This document shows positions 9,760 to 18,371 of a stretch of 32,000 bases of DNA, piece after piece. Position 1 is the stretch's first letter, and each line of letters starts with the position of its first letter. Made by a program: the position numbers and the translations under genes. The notes beneath the pieces are model-generated. The model was not told the DNA's origin. It worked only from the letters and a program-made list of their open reading frames with translations, and made no database searches. This DNA comes from Candidatus Karelsulcia muelleri (GTDB lineage: Bacteria; Bacteroidota; Bacteroidia; Flavobacteriales; Blattabacteriaceae). Location: positions 1 to 32,000 of the forward strand of contig NZ_CP094965.1 in assembly GCF_022985615.1 (NCBI RefSeq), written 5' to 3'.

Positions 9760-9820
9760 AAGATCTAAGATATCTTAAGATCTAAGATATCTTAAGATCT
9801 AAGATATCTTAAGATATCTT
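9760..9820. repeat. 17-bp tandem repeat (aagatctaagatatctt x3.6) made of two palindromes, AGATCT and AAGATATCTT
   Basis: Direct reading: copies at 9760-9776, 9777-9793 and 9794-9810, plus a partial copy at 9811-9820. Confidence 0.9.
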
Positions 9821-9828
9821 AATATTCA

Positions 9829-9901
9829 AGCGGGGTAGAGCAAATGGTAGCTCGTCGGGCTCATAACCCGGAGCGAATAGGTTCAAATCCTATCCCCGCA
9901 A
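9829..9901 (+). tRNA. tRNA-Met (CAT), initiator type
   Basis: The cloverleaf was folded by hand. Near-identity to E. coli tRNA-fMet is judged from memory. The anticodon stem has three consecutive G:C pairs (GGG/CCC) and there is a 1:72 mismatch (A:A). CCA is not encoded. Confidence 0.8.
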
Positions 9902-9975
9902 CATTTAAGAGAATAATCAAAAATAAGGAACTAATAGAAGTATAATTATTAGAATTAATTATAATTATAATTATA

Positions 9976-9993
9976 TTCTTCTTCTTCTTCTTC
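9976..9993. repeat. (TTC)6 microsatellite upstream of dnaB
   Basis: Direct reading. Confidence 0.9.
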
Positions 9994-10024
9994 TTATTGT
10001 AAATAGACTTATGTTTTAACAAAT

Positions 10025-11398
10025 ATGAGTAATTTTTTAAAAAAGAAGAAAGAAATTATTCCACAACCACCACAAGCATTAAATTTAGAAGAAGCAGTAA
10101 TCGGGGGTATTTTAAGAGATCAAAACTGTTTAGACGAGATAATTGATATCATCTCTCCAGATATTTTTTATAAAAAAAAACATAAAGAAATTATTAAAGT
10201 AATAATTAAATTATATAATTCATATGAGCCTATAGATATATATACAGTTTATAATGAATTAAAAAAAAATAGGAAATTAGAAATAGTTGGAGGGGAGTTT
10301 TATTTAACACAATTAACACAAAGAATAGCATCTCCAGCTCATATAGAGTTTCATAGTAAAATTCTAAAAGATAAATTTCTTTTAAGAAAATTAATAGAAA
10401 CTTCTTCTGAGATTATTAAATTATCTTATGAAGAAAAAAGTGATGTGTTTAAATTATTAGATTATGCTGAAAGAAGATTATTCGAAATTAATAATAAAAC
10501 TAATATCAAAGACAACACAAAATCTATAACCGATTTATTAAATAATACAATAAAAAATATGAAAGATAATAAAGGTAAATTAAGTGGAATTCCTTCTGGT
10601 TTTAAATGTCTTGATCAAGTTACTTGCGGTTGGCAAAAATCAGAATTAACAATTATTGCAGCTCGACCTGGTATGGGAAAGACATCTTTTGCTTTATCAA
10701 TGGCTCGAAATATAGTTATTAATTTTAAAATACCAACTTTAATTTTATCATTAGAAATGTCTTCTGTTCAACTAGTAACTAGATTAATTTCTTCAGAAAC
10801 AGGTATTCCATCAGATAGATTAAAAATGTCTGATTTATCTAAATTAGAATGGGATCTTGTAAAAAGTAAAATAAAAGTATTAGGAGAATCTCCATTATTT
10901 ATAGATGATACTCATCATTTATCTATATTTGAATTACGTTCAAAATGTAGAAGAGAAATTTTAAGAAATAAAATAAAATTAGTCATTATAGATTATTTAC
11001 AATTAATGAATTATGGTAAACTAGAAAATAAAAATCTTCAAAGAGAACAAGAAGTATCCTATATTTCTAGAAATTTGAAAGCTATTTCTAAAGAGTTTAA
11101 TATTCCTATCATAGCTTTATCTCAATTATCTAGAGCAGTTGAAATTAGAGGAGGTAGAAAAAGACCAATTCTTTCAGATTTACGAGAATCAGGAGCATTA
11201 GAGCAAGATGCAGATATTGTAGCTTTTATTTATCGACCAGAATATTATGGATTTACTAATTGGGATACTGGAAATAGAGAAGAATGTCAAGGAGAAGCTG
11301 AAATAATAATAGCAAAAAATAGAAATGGAAAAATCGATAATATAAGAATGAAATTTTCTCAGGATAAAATTAAATTTGTCGAGATAGATAATGTATAA
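10025..11398 (+). CDS. dnaB: Replicative DNA helicase DnaB
   Basis: 457-aa ORF with PQALNLEEAVIGGIL at the N-terminus, Walker A (ARPGMGKTSFALSMA), IIDYLQLM and SQLSRAVE. Confidence 0.95.
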   Translation: MSNFLKKKKEIIPQPPQALNLEEAVIGGILRDQNCLDEIIDIISPDIFYKKKHKEIIKVIIKLYNSYEPIDIYTVYNELKKNRKLEIVGGEFYLTQLTQRIASPAHIEFHSKILKDKFLLRKLIETSSEIIKLSYEEKSDVFKLLDYAERRLFEINNKTNIKDNTKSITDLLNNTIKNMKDNKGKLSGIPSGFKCLDQVTCGWQKSELTIIAARPGMGKTSFALSMARNIVINFKIPTLILSLEMSSVQLVTRLISSETGIPSDRLKMSDLSKLEWDLVKSKIKVLGESPLFIDDTHHLSIFELRSKCRREILRNKIKLVIIDYLQLMNYGKLENKNLQREQEVSYISRNLKAISKEFNIPIIALSQLSRAVEIRGGRKRPILSDLRESGALEQDADIVAFIYRPEYYGFTNWDTGNREECQGEAEIIIAKNRNGKIDNIRMKFSQDKIKFVEIDNV

Positions 11399-11449
11399 GA
11401 TAATGTATAAATTAAATTTACAACAATGTATAAATTAAATTTACAACAA
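11387..11449. repeat. Tandem duplication of the last 3 codons plus stop of dnaB (12 bp x2), followed by a 23-bp x2 repeat
   Basis: gataatgtataa occurs at 11387-11398 and 11399-11410. tgtataaattaaatttacaacaa occurs at 11404-11426 and 11427-11449. Confidence 0.9.
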
Positions 11450-12252
11450 ACTCAGAATATTTATTTTTTAAAATTTTAAATTATGATTCCTTCTTAAATA
11501 ATATCTTTATAGATTATATCAAACAATCTAGCGATTATTTTAGTATAAAAAATAATGGGAATATCTTAGTAAAAAATCTTAAATTAACACCTATATATAT
11601 AACTTATATAAGAAACAATTGTTTGAATATTAAATATATCTCTCAATCTGGGTTTATCTTTATTAAGAAAGGAGTGGATAGAAATCGAAAGTATTTATTA
11701 TATAAAAAAATATTTATATATAATAATAAAGGGAATCTAATTCCAGGGGTATTAATTCCTACTAAAAAAAAACAAATGAAAATAGATATTGGAACTAAAG
11801 ATTTAAAAGAAGTATATTCTTTAGGTATTAATTTAGGAGCTAAAGTAGTATTACAAGAAGATTTTTCAATATTTAATAAATATTTATTAAGTAATGAAAT
11901 TACCAATAAAATTGGTTTATTTATTCTTTGGGAGCTTCTAAGTTTAAAAAACAAAAGAAAAATAAATTTTATGCTTATAAAAGATAAAAATACTAAATTA
12001 TACTTCATGAATTACTTAAGTTTTTTAAGAAATAACAAATTAAAAATTATCGATTTGTTTCTCAAAAAACCTCTAGGTTGTGAATTAATAGATTGTTGTA
12101 AAACAAATCATATAAAGATTCAAATCTTGAAAACAATAAAAAAGATACATTATATTATAAATATAAATATCAAATATTTAAAAACCCCAATAGAAATGAT
12201 TTTAAAGTCAGAAATAGAAAAAATAATTAATTTAATAATTATATTAATATAA
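11434..12252 (+). pseudogene. Degenerate M42-family (glutamyl aminopeptidase / endoglucanase-like) peptidase homologue with metal ligands replaced and no canonical full-length start
   Basis: The frame is open from 11434, whereas the ORF track starts at TTG 11623. It is collinear with the remembered M42 pattern: GN(I/L)(I/L) = NNGNILV, AHxDExGF = TYIRNNCL, I..GFI.F = ISQSGFIFI, G.I.GVI = GNLIPGVL, DIG = KIDIG, WDNRIG = ITNKIG, QEEVG = KDKNT, RY.H.P.E = KYLKTPIE. Confidence 0.55.
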
Positions 12253-12402
12253 TATAATATGTTTCTATTCTTCTTATTATTATTATTCTTATTATTCTTA
12301 TTAGAGTTAAAATTCCAATTCTAGTTATAATTCTAATTAATTATTATAATTATAATTATAATTACTTTTAATTCTAATAAGTAGACTTATTCTAAAAAAA
12401 AA

Positions 12403-12516
12403 GGTTAAGGTTAAGGTTAAGGTTAAGGTTAAGGTTAAGGTTAAGGTTAAGGTTAAGGTTAAGGTTAAGGTTAAGGTTAAGGTTAAGGTTAAGGTTAAGG
12501 TTAAGGTTAAGGTTAA
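12403..12516. repeat. (GGTTAA)19 perfect microsatellite
   Basis: Direct count: 114 bp, 19 perfect copies. Confidence 0.97.
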
Positions 12517-12545
12517 GGAAGGTTAAGGGAAAGGGAAGGTGAAGG

Positions 12546-12625
<80 letters not shown>

Positions 12626-12690
12626 GGGAAAGGGAAGGTGAAGGTTAAGGAAAAGGAAGGTAAGGTGAAAAGGTTAAAGGTTAAAGGTTA

Positions 12691-14046
12691 ATGTTTAATA
12701 TAGATAATAACGATACTATAACAGCTATAGCAACTCCACTTGGAGTAGGTGCTCTAGCTGTTATAAGAATTTCAGGACAATTAAGTTTTAAGATAATTGA
12801 TTTCATATTTAAACCAAAAATAAAAAATATAAAAAGCAGAAGAATATATTTGGGTTATATATATTCAAAAAATACTTTAATTGATAAAGTATTAATAAAT
12901 ATATTCAAATCCCCAAATTCATATACTGGAGAAGATATAATAGAAATATCTTGTCATGGATCTATATATATTCAAAATAAAATCTTAGATTTAATAATAA
13001 ATAATGGAGCTAGATTAGCTACTCGGGGTGAATTTACGTTTAGGGCATTTAAAAACGGAAAATTAGACCTTTATCAGGTAGAATCATTATTAGAATTATT
13101 TCATTCAGAGAATGAATTAGACCATAACTTAGCCTTAAATAATTTCAGAGGAAAGGTCTCTATAATTATAAAAAAGATAAGAAAAAAAATATTAACTCTA
13201 AATACTATTCTTGAATTTTGTATAGATTTTTCAGAGGAAGATATTAATAAAAAACATCTACTAGCTTTTAAGAAATTATTATTAAATCTAATAACCAAGA
13301 TTAAAGATTTAATTAATTCATTTAAATTAGGGCTTTTTTTTAAAAAAGGGATTGCTATAGCAATAATTGGTAAACCTAATGTTGGCAAATCTACATTATT
13401 TAATTTTTTATTAAAATCTGATAGATCAATAGTATCTAATAAATCTGGTACTACCATAAACTATATTGAAGAAAATCTCTATATAGATGGTATCAAATAT
13501 AGATTAATTGATAATGCTGGCATTAAAAAAAATACTCTAAATAAATTAGAATTAAAAGGAATAAAAAAAACAATTGAAAACATAAAAAAATCCGATATTA
13601 TAATGTATATAACTAATAATATAAATACTAAATATCTACATTTACAAAAATATTATAAATATTTCTTTAAAAAAGAAATAATATTTATTATTAACAAATG
13701 TGATTTGTTAAAAAAAAAAATAAAGATACAATCTAGTCCAATACTAATATCAGCAAAGTATGGAATTGGAATAAATTATTTATTAAATAAACTTAAAACT
13801 CTTAGTGAAAGATTTCTAAAAAATAATAATAAAACAATAATTACAAATGTTAGACATTACGAAGAATTAAAAAAAGCTTTATTTAAATTAAATAAAATTA
13901 AAGACCATATTCAAATAGGGATTGAACCTGAAATTTTATCTCTTCTATTAAAAGAAGCTAATTATAGTTTAGAGAAAATAATTGGGACTATAACTAATGA
14001 AGAAATATTAGTTAATATTTTTGATAGGTTTTGTATAGGAAAATAA
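12691..14046 (+). CDS. mnmE: tRNA modification GTPase MnmE (TrmE)
   Basis: 451-aa ORF with DTITAIATP.G.GA(L/I)AVIR(I/L)SG at the N-terminus, a G1 motif (GKPNVGKSTLFN) and the characteristic C-terminal FCIGK. Confidence 0.95.
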   Translation: MFNIDNNDTITAIATPLGVGALAVIRISGQLSFKIIDFIFKPKIKNIKSRRIYLGYIYSKNTLIDKVLINIFKSPNSYTGEDIIEISCHGSIYIQNKILDLIINNGARLATRGEFTFRAFKNGKLDLYQVESLLELFHSENELDHNLALNNFRGKVSIIIKKIRKKILTLNTILEFCIDFSEEDINKKHLLAFKKLLLNLITKIKDLINSFKLGLFFKKGIAIAIIGKPNVGKSTLFNFLLKSDRSIVSNKSGTTINYIEENLYIDGIKYRLIDNAGIKKNTLNKLELKGIKKTIENIKKSDIIMYITNNINTKYLHLQKYYKYFFKKEIIFIINKCDLLKKKIKIQSSPILISAKYGIGINYLLNKLKTLSERFLKNNNKTIITNVRHYEELKKALFKLNKIKDHIQIGIEPEILSLLLKEANYSLEKIIGTITNEEILVNIFDRFCIGK

Positions 14047-14121
14047 GGGTGATTAGCTCAGTTGGTTCAGAGCATTTGCCTTACAAGCAAAGGGTCACTG
14101 GTTCGACTCCAGTATCACCCA
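14047..14121 (+). tRNA. tRNA-Val (TAC)
   Basis: 75-nt cloverleaf folded by hand: acceptor gggtgat/atcaccc, anticodon loop cttacaa, T-loop ttcgact. It starts directly after the mnmE stop. Confidence 0.9.
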
Positions 14122-14163
14122 AATAAATGTATCATCACCCAAATGTATCATGTTCACCCAAAT
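14115..14163. repeat. Triplication of the tRNA-Val 3' acceptor end (tcacccaaat, period about 20 bp)
   Basis: tcacccaaat occurs at 14115-14124 (the genuine tRNA end), 14135-14144 and 14154-14163. Confidence 0.9.
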
Positions 14164-14168
14164 AATGT

Positions 14169-17100
14169 TTGTTTATGTTTTTAATATTCAATATAGAATT
14201 TTATAAATATAATATAATTAACAGATTATCCTGGATAATCTATAGTCTAGATTTTAAGATCTTAGAATTTAAATCTAAATTCAGAGGGAAGTCTCTAAAG
14301 AAGTATCTTATTAAATTTCTTGATCACATAAAAATAAGTAAAGTAATTATTGGTTATAATATTTATTTATTATTACAATTCCTGAACCAATTCAGAAATA
14401 AGGAATTATTTCTTAATGATAATCTATTAAGAGATACTATATTAAAGAATAAATATATTATTGATCTACAAAGTCTTTCCATAAGGCTTTTTAGTATTTA
14501 CAATAATAAGATTAGATGGCCTAAATTATCTGAAATTTATAATTTACTATTTAAATCATCACTAATAACTGGAGTACTAATAACTGCTAAATGTTTTTTT
14601 AAATTAATTCTTAATCAGACAAGATATATAAAAAAAATACAATTGTCAGAACAACAACCAACATCAACTAAAAATTTTATATTAGCTAAAAAATATACAA
14701 GTAATAATATTAATATTAAAAAATATTATTATCATATACATAATCATTCATCGTATTCGATATTAAATTCTAGTATAGATATAGATTCTTTAGTAAGAAA
14801 AATAGTGAAATATAAGATGCAAGCTATTGGTTTAACTGATTATGGAAATATGATGGGGGTAGTACAATTTATAAACACTATAGAAAATTATAATAAAATC
14901 TTTAATTTAAACATTAAACCTATAATTGGATGTGAATTTTATATATATAATAAAGATCAAGAGAAAGAAGATCATAATAAAGAGAAGGATAAATATCATC
15001 ATCAAGTTTTAATAGCTAAAAATTTAAAAGGTTATTACAATCTAGTTAAGTTATGTTCTTTAAGTTATATAGAAGGCTATTCTGTAGGTCGACCTACAAT
15101 AAATATTAATTTAATTAAACAATATAAAGCTAACTTAATAGCTTTAAGTAGTGATAGCAGGTCTGAAATTTCTTTTTTTATTAAAAATAAGTATCTTGAA
15201 GCAGCCGAGAATAAAATTAAATGGTGGTTCAAAGAATTTGGTAAGGATTTTTATATAGAAATTTTTAGACATGGCTTAGAAGTCGAAAATGAAATTAATA
15301 AAATTTTATTAAAGTTTTCTAATATATATAATATACCTTATATTATACAAAATAATAATTTTTATCTAAATAAAAAAGAAGCTGAAGTTCAAGATATTTT
15401 ACTATGTCTTAAATATGGAGAAAAACCGGGAATGAGAATTGGATTAACGAGTCAAGAACATTATGTAAAATCCAAATCATTAATGTATGATTTATTTTCT
15501 AATTTTCCAGAAGGTTTCAAAAACTTGAATGAACTTTTTACAAAGATTGAAGGCTTTAAAATTGCAGAAAGTAGAAATTTTCCAAAATATTATTTTCATA
15601 ATCTTAAATATCATTATAATAATACATTAAAAGAAAATATAGAATATTTTGAAAATAAATATTTAAAAGAACTCACTCTAAAAAAGGTTAAAGCTAAATT
15701 AAAAGTAGCTAAATTAAAAGTAGCTAAATTAAAAGTTGTAACTACTAAAATAAAAACTCGTTTAGATTTTGAATTGAGAATTATAGAAAGAATAAATTAT
15801 CCTGGATATTTTTTAATTGTAAGAGATATTATAAAAAAAGCTAGAAAAATAGGAATATTGGTTGGTCCAGGAAGAGGTTCTGTAGTTGGGTCTTTAGTGG
15901 CTTATTGCTTAGATATAACTAGAGTACATCCAGTTAAATACAATTTACTTTTTGAAAGATTTTTAAATAAAAGTCGCTTAATTTTACCTGATATTGATAT
16001 AGATTTTGATGATAAAGGAAGAGAGCAAATAATTAAATGGTTAATTAATAAATATAGTGGAATTAAAGTGTCTCAAATAATAACTTATGGAACTTTAGGA
16101 GCAAAATCAGCTTTTAGAGATGCTGCAAGAGTATTAAATTATCCTTTTCAAGAAATAAATACCCTGTCAAAATTAATGCCGAATTTTAGTTTGGAATTTT
16201 TATTTCGAACAAAAAATAAAGACTTAATAAGTCTATTAAATAATAGAGAGTATAATAATCTTTTATTAATAAAAAAAGAAATTAAAAAAAATAAATGTTT
16301 AAAAAAAATATTCGATCTAGCTATGAAAATAGAAGGAAATATAAGAACATTTGGAATACATGCTTGTGGTATTTTAATTACTCAATATGATATTCGGGAA
16401 TATTTACCAATTATTTGTTCTAAATATTCTAATTGTTTAGTAACTCAGTATGATAATAAAATAATAGAAAAAATAGGACTATTAAAAATAGATTTCTTAG
16501 GGTTAAAAACTTTAAGTATAATAAAAGATGCTTTAAAGATAATTAATAAAAAGAAATATAATATATACGATATAAATAATATTCCTCTTACAGATGAAAA
16601 AACTTTATCCTTATTTAAAAGTGGAAAAACAACAGCAGTGTTTCAATATGAATCATCAGGAATCCAAAAAAATTTAAAGAAATTAAAGCCAAGGAATTTT
16701 GAGGATTTAATAATAATGACTGCTTTGTATCGTCCTGGTCCCTTGAAAAACTTATATAATTATATAGATAGAAAAAACGGAATACAACCAGTTATATATG
16801 AATTAGCAGAATTAGAAGAATATTTAAAGGAAACTAAAGGTATAATTATTTATCAAGAACAAGTAATGCTTATAACACAAAAAGTTTCCAATTTTAATAA
16901 AGCTGAAGCTGATATCTTAAGACAAGCAATTTCTAAAAAAAATAAAGATCTATTAGATTCAATGAAAGCTAGATTTATAGAAGGAGGAATTAAAAAAGGT
17001 CATTTTAAACAGATATTATATAATATTTGGGATGCTTGGGAAAATTTTGCATCTTATGCATTTAATAAATCTCATTCAGCAAGTTATACTTTTTTATCAT

Positions 17101-18068
17101 TTCAAACAGGTTATTTGAAGAGTCATTTCCCGGTTGAATATATGTCATCTGTTTTAAGTCATAACATGCAAAATATAAAAGAAATTTCTTTATTAATAAA
17201 AGAGTGTAAAAGGATGGGATTCAAAATTTTAATACCGAATATAAATTTAAGCAATTATAAATTTGGAGTAAGTAAAAAAAAATCCATAAGATATGGATTA
17301 GGTGCGATTAAAGGAATAGGAAAGACTTCTATAAAAAATATTTTAAAATATAGAAAAAAAAGAAAAAAATTTACTTCAATTTTCAATCTTGTAAAATCTG
17401 TTAATTTAAGATTAGTTAACAAAAAAGTCTTAGAAAATTTAGTTCTTTCTGGTGCCTTGGATGTCTTCAAAGAAATTCATAGAGCACAGTATTTTGTAAA
17501 AGATAAAAAAAATCATAGTAATATGATTGAAAAAATAATAAAATTTGGTATAAAATACCAAAAGTTAAAGAAACATAGAAAAAGTACATTATTTAATAAT
17601 ATATGTGATATAGATATATTAGAACCTAAGTTTAAAAAATGTAGAAAATGGAATCATTTAGAAAAACTAAATAATGAAAAAGAGGTTTTAGGTTTTTATC
17701 TATTTTCTCATCCCATAGAGAAATATAAAAAAAAGATAAAAAAAATTACCGATTTAAATATAAAAAAGCTAAAACAATTAAATATAAATATAAATATAAA
17801 AAAGCTAAAACCAAGTGAAACTAAATTTACTATTTGTGGAATGGTTTCTCATATAGAAATAAAGAAATCTATAAATAATAGAAAATATTTATTATTTACA
17901 ATTGAGGATCAATCAGATTTTGTAAACTTTTTGTTAATTGGAAAAAAGTATTCTTTTTATAAAAAGAAGATTAAATTAAACAAGGTTTTGATTATAGATT
18001 TAATCATTAAAAAGAATTATTTACAAAAATATTTCTATAAAATAATATCAATACAAAATATTAATTGA
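14169..18068 (+). CDS. dnaE: DNA polymerase III alpha subunit with an N-terminal degenerate epsilon-like (DnaQ-fold) extension
   Basis: 1299-aa ORF. The PHP motif HIHNHSSYSIL lies at about aa 190. Other blocks are GPGRGSVVGSLVAYCL, PDIDIDF, GIHACG and YRPGP. TTG is at 14169 and the first ATG at 14175. It ends in TGA. Confidence 0.95.
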   Translation: MFMFLIFNIEFYKYNIINRLSWIIYSLDFKILEFKSKFRGKSLKKYLIKFLDHIKISKVIIGYNIYLLLQFLNQFRNKELFLNDNLLRDTILKNKYIIDLQSLSIRLFSIYNNKIRWPKLSEIYNLLFKSSLITGVLITAKCFFKLILNQTRYIKKIQLSEQQPTSTKNFILAKKYTSNNINIKKYYYHIHNHSSYSILNSSIDIDSLVRKIVKYKMQAIGLTDYGNMMGVVQFINTIENYNKIFNLNIKPIIGCEFYIYNKDQEKEDHNKEKDKYHHQVLIAKNLKGYYNLVKLCSLSYIEGYSVGRPTININLIKQYKANLIALSSDSRSEISFFIKNKYLEAAENKIKWWFKEFGKDFYIEIFRHGLEVENEINKILLKFSNIYNIPYIIQNNNFYLNKKEAEVQDILLCLKYGEKPGMRIGLTSQEHYVKSKSLMYDLFSNFPEGFKNLNELFTKIEGFKIAESRNFPKYYFHNLKYHYNNTLKENIEYFENKYLKELTLKKVKAKLKVAKLKVAKLKVVTTKIKTRLDFELRIIERINYPGYFLIVRDIIKKARKIGILVGPGRGSVVGSLVAYCLDITRVHPVKYNLLFERFLNKSRLILPDIDIDFDDKGREQIIKWLINKYSGIKVSQIITYGTLGAKSAFRDAARVLNYPFQEINTLSKLMPNFSLEFLFRTKNKDLISLLNNREYNNLLLIKKEIKKNKCLKKIFDLAMKIEGNIRTFGIHACGILITQYDIREYLPIICSKYSNCLVTQYDNKIIEKIGLLKIDFLGLKTLSIIKDALKIINKKKYNIYDINNIPLTDEKTLSLFKSGKTTAVFQYESSGIQKNLKKLKPRNFEDLIIMTALYRPGPLKNLYNYIDRKNGIQPVIYELAELEEYLKETKGIIIYQEQVMLITQKVSNFNKAEADILRQAISKKNKDLLDSMKARFIEGGIKKGHFKQILYNIWDAWENFASYAFNKSHSASYTFLSFQTGYLKSHFPVEYMSSVLSHNMQNIKEISLLIKECKRMGFKILIPNINLSNYKFGVSKKKSIRYGLGAIKGIGKTSIKNILKYRKKRKKFTSIFNLVKSVNLRLVNKKVLENLVLSGALDVFKEIHRAQYFVKDKKNHSNMIEKIIKFGIKYQKLKKHRKSTLFNNICDIDILEPKFKKCRKWNHLEKLNNEKEVLGFYLFSHPIEKYKKKIKKITDLNIKKLKQLNININIKKLKPSETKFTICGMVSHIEIKKSINNRKYLLFTIEDQSDFVNFLLIGKKYSFYKKKIKLNKVLIIDLIIKKNYLQKYFYKIISIQNIN
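15693..15737. repeat. In-frame 15-bp x3 repeat in dnaE (AKLKV x3)
   Basis: gctaaattaaaagta occurs at 15693 and 15708, and as a near-copy at 15723. Confidence 0.9.
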
Positions 18069-18129
18069 TATTCTAAAGACTATATAATAATATTATTATT
18101 ATTATTATAATAAAAATACCTAAATATTA

Positions 18130-18203
18130 GGTCTGGTAGTTCAGTAGGTTAGAATATGTGCTTGTCAAGCATGAGGTGACGGGTTCGAAACCCGTTCAGA
18201 CCG
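18130..18203 (+). tRNA. tRNA-Asp (GTC)
   Basis: 74-nt cloverleaf folded by hand: anticodon loop ttgtcaa, T-arm acggg/ttcgaaa/cccgt. Confidence 0.88.
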
Positions 18204-18208
18204 TTAAA

Positions 18209-18281
18209 TGACTTGACTGGGATTCGAACCCAGGACCCTTACATTAAAAGTGTAATGCTCTACCAACTAAGCTATCAAGCC
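18209..18281 (-). tRNA. tRNA-Lys (TTT)
   Basis: The reverse complement, ggcttgatagctcagttggtagagc-like, folds as a 73-nt cloverleaf with anticodon loop cttttaa and T-loop ttcgaat. Confidence 0.88.
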
Positions 18282-18371
18282 TTTATTAAAAGATAATATA
18301 AAAAATCTATGAATATAGATTTAATATTATAAATACTAAATTAGGGCTAATCTTCATATTAAGACATAGCA

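Noticed and set aside
12403-12516. The (GGTTAA)19 array considered as a telomere-like repeat or a CRISPR array
   Set aside because: It is internal to a bacterial housekeeping locus, between the M42 relic and mnmE. The unit is TTAAGG, not the insect TTAGG or the vertebrate TTAGGG repeat. There are no unique spacers or 25-40-bp repeats as CRISPR would need, and no cas genes. It is a plain microsatellite.
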